Assembly (NCBI RefSeq): GCF_018336915.1
Contig: NZ_CP064923.1
Span: forward strand, 3,270,001-3,302,000
Direction of reading: 5' to 3'
DNA length: 32,000 nt
DNA from: Acaryochloris marina S15
Lineage (GTDB): Bacteria; Cyanobacteriota; Cyanobacteriia; Thermosynechococcales; Thermosynechococcaceae
Part shown: positions 25,953 to 32,000 of the stretch, in pieces
Layout: each line of letters begins with the position of its first letter
How positions within the stretch are numbered: the first letter of the stretch is position 1
Translations under genes and position numbers: made by a program
Notes under the pieces: generated by a model
The model's input: the letters and a program-made list of their open reading frames with translations, nothing else
Told to the model about the DNA's origin: nothing
Databases searched by the model: none

Positions 25953-26378
25953 TTAAATCAGTAGATTTTGAAAGGGATGAGTATTTTTCCGTCGATAGGT
26001 GTTGAAGTCTCGCTGATCGACGGAGAGAATACGCCCGTGCCCCAGGTGTTCAGCCAGAATCACCAAGGACGCATCGGCTAGATCCATGGGCAGATTCCGA
26101 TATTGATTCATCAGATTCAGTATTTGTGTGCAGTGTGTAGGTGTCAAATCGAATACCTGGATAGCACCAGCCGAGACTTTCTTGAGTAAAGCAGCGGGGG
26201 CATCGATACCGACCCTTTGCTGCAAGAGGTAGCAAGTTTCTATGATCACAGTGATCACACACCAGGTTGTGATGAATCCTTCTGGCTGGAATTCAGGAAA
26301 GCGAGCTATGGCTTGTTGGTGAAATGTATCACGTTTATTTGCGAGTGCTAACCAGAAGCCAGAGTCAATGATGACCAT
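25953..26378 (-). CDS. PIN-domain toxin (VapC-like)
   Basis: 141 aa. It has MVIIDSGFWLAL..., ...DLADASLVILAE..., and ILSVDQRDF. Confidence 0.8.
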   Translation of the reverse strand: MVIIDSGFWLALANKRDTFHQQAIARFPEFQPEGFITTWCVITVIIETCYLLQQRVGIDAPAALLKKVSAGAIQVFDLTPTHCTQILNLMNQYRNLPMDLADASLVILAEHLGHGRILSVDQRDFNTYRRKNTHPFQNLLI

Positions 26379-26637
26379 ATTTTTTCTCTAGCCCCTCTGC
26401 CAGATAGGCTTTGTAATTGACCGATAGATCTTCTTCGGCACTGATACAGCCAATAAGGTCCGACCAGTCTGTATAGTCTGGGGTTGGGACTGTTGGGATT
26501 GAGGACGACTGAGGCGTCTGGGTGGCTTGAGAGGGTTGGCTATCTTTTTTGAGGAGCTGGACAAACTGATAGACCTGATTTAGTGCCTCTTGGGGCAGGA
26601 TTTGGAGGTCTTGCTGGATTTGCTCAAGGGATGCCAT
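26365..26637 (-). CDS. Putative cognate antitoxin
   Basis: The ORF overlaps the PIN gene start by 14 nt. Likely start is ATG 26637 (MASLEQIQQDLQILPQEALNQVYQFVQLL), which is DUF2281-like. The upstream part of the ORF lies in a conserved non-coding repeat. Confidence 0.5.
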   Translation of the reverse strand: MASLEQIQQDLQILPQEALNQVYQFVQLLKKDSQPSQATQTPQSSSIPTVPTPDYTDWSDLIGCISAEEDLSVNYKAYLAEGLEKKYGHH

Positions 26638-26669
26638 TGCGAGAATTGCCGATTGGGTTGGTGAGCGAT

Positions 26670-26709
26670 TTGCTTGCATTTTAGCAATTGGGTTGGTGAT
26701 CTACTCCAT
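26670..26709. repeat. 40-nt conserved cassette-upstream module, copy 1
   Basis: TTGCTTGCATTTTAGCAATTGGGTTGGTGATCTACTCCAT is 38/40 identical to 27451-27490. It lies 33 nt upstream of the antitoxin ATG. Confidence 0.75.
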
Positions 26710-26782
26710 ACCTATCGAATTCACGGTTAGGCATCCTTCTCATCTCCTGCAGCATTACTGGTTGTTTAGCCTTTTGTGCAGA

Positions 26783-27187
26783 CTAGCTATTTTCCCAGTC
26801 TTCGAGTTGTAGGTCTGGCACTCGTCCGAATTCTCTAGTGTTGTGAGTCACTAGAGTGAGGTTATTGGCTAAGGCGATCGCAGCAATTTGCAAATCGTAG
26901 GTGCCGATAGGGGTGCCTGCGGTTTCCAATGCGGCTCGGATTTGTCCACAGACTTCAGCAGCTTTACCGTCAAAAGGCAAGCTCACCAGATCGCCAAAGA
27001 AATTACTCAGGTTCTCAAGGTTTTTGGCTCTTCTTGAGCTTTTATAGGCCCCATAGTAAAGTTCATACTTGACGACATCACAGATACAAACATCATCGGC
27101 AGAGATGTTGAGCAGACGCTCATAGATAGATTGGCTACTTTGATTGAGGTATCGGATGCAGGTGTTGGTATCGAGTAGGTAAATCAC
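26783..27187 (-). CDS. vapC: VapC PIN-domain toxin
   Basis: 134 aa. It has MIYLLDTNTCIRYL..., ...YDLQIAAIALANNLTLVTHNTREF, and a start that overlaps the upstream ORF's stop. Confidence 0.85.
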   Translation of the reverse strand: MIYLLDTNTCIRYLNQSSQSIYERLLNISADDVCICDVVKYELYYGAYKSSRRAKNLENLSNFFGDLVSLPFDGKAAEVCGQIRAALETAGTPIGTYDLQIAAIALANNLTLVTHNTREFGRVPDLQLEDWENS

Positions 27188-27423
27188 ATCAGCACATCGC
27201 GCTCTTGCTGCTCACCCTGGGGTGCTCGTTCTAAGGATTCGCCCTGCCATGCTCCAAAGGTCTGGAGAAATTTTTGAGACCATTGGCGTTTGGGTTGATT
27301 AGATATTGGTTGGTAGACCAGCAAAATGTCGAGGGCTTCGCCAGAATGATCGGGTAATTGAATTTGAAGGGTGCCGTCTTTGTTGACACGAGCAGTCATT
27401 TTTAGGGTTTGCATGGTGTCCAT
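27184..27423 (-). CDS. Putative VapB-type antitoxin
   Basis: The small ORF is coupled to vapC. Likely start is ATG 27423 (MDTMQTLKMTARVNKDGTLQIQLP...). The upstream part of the ORF lies in the conserved repeat. Confidence 0.5.
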   Translation of the reverse strand: MDTMQTLKMTARVNKDGTLQIQLPDHSGEALDILLVYQPISNQPKRQWSQKFLQTFGAWQGESLERAPQGEQQERDVLM

Positions 27424-27450
27424 GGATGAAGGGACTAGGGCGAGGCGAGA

Positions 27451-27490
27451 TTGCTTGCATTCTAGCAATTGGGTTGGTGCTCTACTCCAT
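27451..27490. repeat. 40-nt conserved cassette-upstream module, copy 2
   Basis: TTGCTTGCATTCTAGCAATTGGGTTGGTGCTCTACTCCAT lies 28 nt upstream of the antitoxin ATG. A 16-nt core (TCTAGCAATTGGcTGG) recurs at 28185-28200. Confidence 0.75.
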
Positions 27491-27679
27491 TTTGCACTGG
27501 CCCCCCGGCCCCCCTAATTCTGGGGGGAGAGCAGCCTGAAACATTCGATACTTGTGGAGATCAGTGAACAATCTCAATGTTTGAAGGAAGCTATAATTCC
27601 TTGGCTGCTGCGGTTATGACTCGTTCCGGCACGGTGGAATGCCCCGACCTACGAAAGCACCGAAATTGTTCAATATTCT

Positions 27680-27974
27680 CCCCCCAGAGTTGATACCGCT
27701 GGCGAAATAAATATTCGTTTACACTGCAAAGCCTCTCACGGCCACCTAAATCCCCCATTCTGGGGGACTTTGAGCCTATATCTGAGCTGGATCATGGGGC
27801 CAACAATTTCAAGCATTTTTCTCTCAAATCTAATTTTAAATATCTGTGTGGGAAAACAGGTAAAGTCCCCCACAGGTGGGGGATTTAGGGGGCGAGCGCA
27901 ATGCTGAAGGCCATAGATATAATCTCTCAATGTAACTGGATGTGAATTTCGCCAGCGGTATCAGAATTGGGGGG
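27680..27974. repeat. Nested inverted-repeat, MITE-like non-coding element
   Basis: The outer IR is 27680-27708 versus 27946-27974 (CCCCCCA....TGATACCGCTGGCGAAAT, 25/29). The inner IR is 27745-27773 versus 27862-27889 (CCTAAATCCCCCA...TGGGGGACTTTGA units). A related G/C hairpin lies at 27511-27529. Confidence 0.65.
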
Positions 27975-28006
27975 CTGGGGGACAATGCAGTGTTAACCAT
28001 GCAGAT

Positions 28007-28174
28007 TCAGAAGTCTAGGTACACGGTGGCTTTTTCTACTAAAAAATCGATATCGTTATGGGGTTGCTCTTCTCCTCTGGCAACTGACCCAAAAACACGA
28101 ATACGCTGTGCACCATAGTGTTGACTGAGTGCTAGAACTGCATCGCTTTGGATTCGGAAGGGATCGAGCAGCAT
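28007..28174 (-). pseudogene. Nucleotidyltransferase (MNT-type) gene, apparently 3'-truncated
   Basis: RIRVFGSVARGEEQPHNDIDFLVE is the MNT GS..(D/E).D motif. The ORF ends about 10 codons later, with no C-terminal half. Confidence 0.55.
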
Positions 28175-28185
28175 GGTTCTATTGT

Positions 28186-29523
28186 CTAGCAATTGGCTGG
28201 GGAAGCGTTGGTGGGGGCTTGCCAGCCTCGGACATCTATTTTCCCTGTCACAGCAGCGGAAATTAGGGCTGAGCGGCGTTCTTGGAGAAGACAGACGTTC
28301 TCTTTAGATTGCGATACAAGCTCATTCAAAAGTGATACTTTCTTTTTAATGAATCGACAAATTTCTCTCTGTTCGCTCATTGGAGGCAGGGGCAGAGAAA
28401 AAGCGCGCAAATCCCTACATGTAATAGCAGCTTTGGTACTTCCCCAACCTTCTGATTCATAACGAAGCCTAAGATAGTTTGCGGACAACCAATCATGAAG
28501 AAAGTCATGAGAAAGATTAATTCCTTCATGCTCAATATATGCAAGATGCTGGTTTATTGTGGCTTCAATTTCTGTAATAGTTGCCATACCCCGAGTCTTA
28601 CCCTCACCAGTAATAGCTATCAATACAGTTCCTGGCTTGACAATTGGAAGTGCACATTCCTTTAAAGCTTGTTCAGTAACAAACTGATCTGCCTCAATTA
28701 CCCTCTCTAGATTGACCTTTGAACTATTAAGCCATGGATAATCTCCATTTTCCCAATAAGCAAGATTGTCACGAGATGGAGTACATCCATTCCCTACAAG
28801 GCATTGCCATCCAATTCGAGTTATCTGCCAATGCTTGGGTACTTCGCCGAGCCACTCGACGCCGGAGTCCTTCATGGGGGCGGTGGGGTCGAGGCCCTTG
28901 GTGACCGCATGGGAAATCACTGCCTGCCGCTTTTCCTTCAGCAGCTCGATCAGCCGCTCCTGCTCCGCGATCAAGGCGTCAATGCGGGCAGTCTCGCGAT
29001 CGAGAAAACGAGCGATTTGCTGTTGCTCAGAGATGGGAGGTAGCAAGATGGGCATACGAGAATGCTGCTGTGGATCTAGATCCCACTGATTGACACGAAT
29101 TCCTTTAGAGTTTGATAGATATCCTGCTATGTATTCATTGCATCGGAAAAGATGATGTAGATATCGGGAGCTTTCCTTATTCTGTGACGAATAGACGTGA
29201 TAGGCAGGACTAACAATTCCTCTATAGTTAGAAATGGCAACAGAGCCTTGCCATGCTTTCATCTTGTTGATTGCAAGATCGCCAACCTCTACAAGTTGAT
29301 AAGCCGACAAATCATCCGAAGGCTTATTGAAATTGTCTGCTCTGGATGATTTCGGAATTACACCAAAATCGCGATACACAGACAATAACTCTTCCTCTGA
29401 ATAGCCAGTTCGCTTTGTTCTATTAAACAAGCTCCAAAGAGGCTTAGTTTTCCAATGCTCAGGCACTTCCCCCAACCATTCCACCCCAGAATTCTTATAC
29501 GCCTCATACCTCGGAAAGCTCAT
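28186..29523 (-). CDS. hsdS: Type I restriction enzyme, S (specificity) subunit
   Basis: 445 aa. Two target-recognition domains are each preceded by GVEWLGEVP.HW. Two conserved helical spacers are present (EQQQIARFLDRETARIDALI and EQREICRFIKKKVSLLNELV). Confidence 0.92.
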   Translation of the reverse strand: MSFPRYEAYKNSGVEWLGEVPEHWKTKPLWSLFNRTKRTGYSEEELLSVYRDFGVIPKSSRADNFNKPSDDLSAYQLVEVGDLAINKMKAWQGSVAISNYRGIVSPAYHVYSSQNKESSRYLHHLFRCNEYIAGYLSNSKGIRVNQWDLDPQQHSRMPILLPPISEQQQIARFLDRETARIDALIAEQERLIELLKEKRQAVISHAVTKGLDPTAPMKDSGVEWLGEVPKHWQITRIGWQCLVGNGCTPSRDNLAYWENGDYPWLNSSKVNLERVIEADQFVTEQALKECALPIVKPGTVLIAITGEGKTRGMATITEIEATINQHLAYIEHEGINLSHDFLHDWLSANYLRLRYESEGWGSTKAAITCRDLRAFSLPLPPMSEQREICRFIKKKVSLLNELVSQSKENVCLLQERRSALISAAVTGKIDVRGWQAPTNASPANC

Positions 29524-29640
29524 TCGTCCTCAGCCCTCACTACACTATTGCCCCTCAACCAACCCGCCAACTGCTCCACACACACCTCTTGAGACTCACC
29601 ACTCGCCACCAACCCCAAAAACATAGTCACCGCATCCACT

Positions 29641-30102
29641 TCAGACGCGCTTAGAGGATGTGTAAAAAGTATCAAACGTACTGCATTCGCCCCCTAAATC
29701 CCCCATTCTGGGGGACTTTGACTGTAGATCAATGCTTTGCTCACTTGCCTGTCGAATCTGCTGAAGTACGTTATCTAGATGGTGCATAACGTCTGCGTTG
29801 CGGAATCGGATCACGCGGTAACCAGGCTGGTTGAGTTGATCGGTACGGGCTGCGTCGTACTCCATCTGATGGTCGTGAATGTCGCCGTCTAGCTCAATCA
29901 CTAATCGGCATTGGGGACAGTAAAAATCGACAATAAACGAACCGATAGCGTGTTGACAGCGGAATTTCAGGCCGCTGAGTTGACGTTTTTGCAGTGCTTT
30001 CCACAGTTTTTGTTCGGCGGTTGTCAGATTTAGTCTCAGTCGTCGCGCAGCGGCAACGACTGCTGGGGTCGTGCCGCGAATGCGGTGGTGTTGCGATTTC
30101 AT
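29641..30102 (-). CDS. DUF559 (Vsr-like endonuclease domain) protein
   Basis: LTTAEQKLWKALQKRQLSGLKFRCQHAIGSFIVDFYCPQCRLVIELDGDIH...D..RT..L...GYRVIRFRN is the DUF559 pattern. The C-terminal tail reads through a flanking repeat. Confidence 0.75.
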   Translation of the reverse strand: MKSQHHRIRGTTPAVVAAARRLRLNLTTAEQKLWKALQKRQLSGLKFRCQHAIGSFIVDFYCPQCRLVIELDGDIHDHQMEYDAARTDQLNQPGYRVIRFRNADVMHHLDNVLQQIRQASEQSIDLQSKSPRMGDLGGECSTFDTFYTSSKRV

Positions 30103-30198
30103 CTCTTGCCTCTTGTTACCCCTAACCCTATCTCACATCTAGGATAATCATAAACTCTCAAAGTCCCCCAGCATGGGGGATTTAGGGGGCGAATGCAG
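29681..30198. mobile_element. IR-bounded DUF559 cassette (candidate small mobile unit)
   Basis: 41-nt inverted repeats lie at 29681-29721 and 30158-30198 (CTGCATTCGCCCCCTAAATCCCCCA..CTGGGGGACTTTGA). They differ only in the hairpin loop. The same unit is seen at 27745-27889. Confidence 0.5.
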
Positions 30199-30263
30199 AG
30201 CTTAACGGGACTTTTAAAATAACCTCTCGACGCACCTCATAATGACGACAGAGGGTAACAGCT

Positions 30264-30560
30264 TCAATTTTTGTCCTGTACTGAGCTACTAGATACATTG
30301 GGCGCATGAAAGCCAAAACGGTGAACCCCACGGTGCCCAATCCGAATCCCAAAGATTTGGGCATCAGGATAACGTTTCAACAACGCTTTGGCCGCAGTCA
30401 GACTCTCATCAGCGACCTCATACGCCCCCGTCTCAATATCAATGGCAACAACCCTGCCGTAGTTATTCGCCTCCACTTGACACCGCACTTGCGAGTCATA
30501 GAGTTCATGCCCCCGCCGCGCAAACTCTTCCTTACTATATTTGGGTTGTCGAACCGTCAT
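30264..30560 (-). CDS. Hypothetical small protein
   Basis: 98-aa ORF with good coding appearance (KEEFARRGHELYDSQVR...GRVVAIDIETGAYEVA). I cannot name a family with confidence. Confidence 0.45.
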   Translation of the reverse strand: MTVRQPKYSKEEFARRGHELYDSQVRCQVEANNYGRVVAIDIETGAYEVADESLTAAKALLKRYPDAQIFGIRIGHRGVHRFGFHAPNVSSSSVQDKN

Positions 30561-31302
30561 AGGGGTGCCCTCCTTGCAACGCTACCCCTTGCATCTTAGC
30601 TTGCAGATCCAACGCAAAATCGCGCCCACCCACCTGCACCGGATACTCCGACCCCACAAAACAAAAATCACGCCCCAGCTCAATCAAAAAATCCTGAAGC
30701 TGCCGCAACAACGCCCGGTGTAAATCCGCCTCCGTATGCCGCTCTGGTAAATCCAGAAACTCCAGCACATAAGCATCCCGAAACACATCCATCGCCATCG
30801 GATGAGATTGTGTCACCGCTGGTGACACCTGCACCAGATTCAAAACCGTTTGCTCAAACCGTGCCGCCTTAAACTGCCGCTCCAGCTCCCGCTTCGACCA
30901 TTGTTCTTGAATCGCTAACCGCAGGTAAAACTCCCTTTCCTCAGGGTGTTTGCTCTGATTGATAATGATTAAATTATGGGTCCAGGGCAATTGTGTCACC
31001 AGTGGTGTCACTTTTTCATCATCCCGATAGGTCTCATATAGCTGCCACATCCGAAACAAATTCCGCCGCGTAAATCCCCGCAATCCTGGCTGAGTGAGGG
31101 CCAGGTAGTCCGCCAACTGCTGCACCACCCCATCCCCCCACTCCGCCTGTTCCAGCGTCTGGCTAATGTAAGCCCCCACCTGCCAATACAGCTCCACTAG
31201 CTGCGTATTCGCTGTCTGGACAACCTTCTGTTTAGCGGCCTGGATGATCTCTGCCACCTCGGCAAAGCTTTGTTCCACGGCAGGACTGATCGCATCCGTC
31301 AT
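30535..31302 (-). CDS. DUF1016 (YhcG-like PDDEXK nuclease) protein, probably 3'-truncated
   Basis: LVELYWQVGAYI...WGDGVVQQLADYL...GFTRRNLFRMWQLY...WTHNLII...EREFYLRLAIQEQWSKRELERQ is the DUF1016 pattern. After ...GGRDFALDL (about 30604) the expected LFYHR...ELK nuclease core is replaced by unrelated sequence. Confidence 0.7.
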   Translation of the reverse strand: MTDAISPAVEQSFAEVAEIIQAAKQKVVQTANTQLVELYWQVGAYISQTLEQAEWGDGVVQQLADYLALTQPGLRGFTRRNLFRMWQLYETYRDDEKVTPLVTQLPWTHNLIIINQSKHPEEREFYLRLAIQEQWSKRELERQFKAARFEQTVLNLVQVSPAVTQSHPMAMDVFRDAYVLEFLDLPERHTEADLHRALLRQLQDFLIELGRDFCFVGSEYPVQVGGRDFALDLQAKMQGVALQGGHPYDGSTTQI

Positions 31303-32000
31303 GCCGACAAATCCTCGATCATCTGCTTAATCCGATCCGTGCAGACCTTTAGATCCTGGTCAATCTCCGCCAACGGGCGCGGTGGCTCAAACACATAAAA
31401 ATGCCGATTAAATGGAATCTCAAACCCGACAATCCCCACTTCTCCATCCAGCCCATCGCACTTGCCCTCATCAATCCAGGCATCGGGTACATGGGGTTTG
31501 ACCTCCCGATCAAAATAGTCATAGATGGACTGTCCCAGAGGTACATTCTCATAGTCCCGCAGCCCCGTATCCGGCTCCGGTTTGCCCTTACTCTGGCAAA
31601 TATCCCCCTCGGGATGACGCTCCCCCAGACTATTGAGCAACGCCTTGATCTGCTGCGTTTTTAGCTCTACCTTTTGGCCCTTTAGAGCTGCCTTGAGGTC
31701 TTTGGTAAACTGGCTCCGATTTAGGTATACCGTCTCCCCATCCATCCCACTCAACGCCGTAATCAGCCGATTTTGCACCGCCCCATCCAGCTTTTGCATT
31801 TGCTTTTCCGCCAGTACTGCCTTGACCCGCTCTGCCGTCACCTGAAACGCTAGCCGCAAGGGTCGCTCAATCGTTATTCGCCGATAGCCAAAGGCATCCA
31901 CCGGAAAGATCTTGCTCTGAGTCGTTTCCTCAAACCGACCGTAGATTCGCACCAGGTCCTCAATTTGTTCTTCGTTGAGATACTGCCGCTTACTCCCCAA
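31299..32000 (-). CDS. hsdM: Type I restriction enzyme M subunit, C-terminal part (gene continues beyond window)
   Basis: The frame is open to the window edge. ...GYRRITIERPLRL... and the terminal GFEIPFNRHFYVFEPPRPLAEIDQDLKVCTDRIKQMIEDL are typical C-terminal blocks of large HsdM proteins. Confidence 0.8.
   Translation of the reverse strand: MGSKRQYLNEEQIEDLVRIYGRFEETTQSKIFPVDAFGYRRITIERPLRLAFQVTAERVKAVLAEKQMQKLDGAVQNRLITALSGMDGETVYLNRSQFTKDLKAALKGQKVELKTQQIKALLNSLGERHPEGDICQSKGKPEPDTGLRDYENVPLGQSIYDYFDREVKPHVPDAWIDEGKCDGLDGEVGIVGFEIPFNRHFYVFEPPRPLAEIDQDLKVCTDRIKQMIEDLSA

Noticed and set aside
29524-29640. Short frame ending ...VTMFLGLVASGESQEVCVEQLAGWLRGNSVVRAEDE with its TGA overlapping the hsdS ATG (reminiscent of a Fic/Doc-type C-terminus)
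   Set aside because: Only about 40 informative codons remain before the frame enters the DUF559-cassette repeat. That is too short for a confident family call, so it is noted only as a likely gene tail truncated by the cassette.

Overview
The segment looks cyanobacterial: it has several HIP1 GCGATCGC sites and a pdhB-secD-secF housekeeping context. It falls into three parts.

(1) 1-7386 holds ordinary chromosomal genes: the 3' end of a class II photolyase, pdhB, secD, secF, an M50 protease, an MBL-fold protein and a small phosphatase-like protein.

(2) 7462-21638 is a 14.2-kb type V-K CRISPR-associated Tn7-like transposon (CAST). It is bounded by 45-nt imperfect terminal inverted repeats that carry reiterated TnsB-site-like motifs.
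- One end carries a 4-repeat CRISPR array (37-nt repeats ending GGTTGAAAG, 35-nt spacers), a tracrRNA-like region, cas12k (668 aa, RuvC-degenerate) and a small RHH regulator.
- The other end carries tnsB plus only the first ~111 codons of tnsC.
- The last array repeat is followed by a 17-nt spacer identical to tRNA-Gly(CCC). A matching protospacer with a GTA PAM lies just outside the array-proximal end. Exactly 65 bp separate that PAM from the transposon terminus, which is the geometry of RNA-guided homing.
- The cargo is a DUF499/DUF3780/DUF1156 defence-type operon with an embedded DUF433/DUF5615 module.
- A 1.4-kb IS joins a truncated DUF1156 methylase directly to truncated tnsC. No tniQ is present, so the element is probably immobilised.

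(3) 21696-32000 holds an intact tRNA-Gly(CCC), vapBC, a tRNA-Gly 3' fragment, and a type I R-M locus (hsdR, hsdS, 3' part of hsdM). The R-M locus is interrupted by two PIN toxin-antitoxin cassettes, a truncated MNT gene, a truncated DUF1016 nuclease, an IR-flanked DUF559 cassette and MITE-like palindromic repeats.

All functional calls rest on motif and homology recognition by eye. No database search was run.
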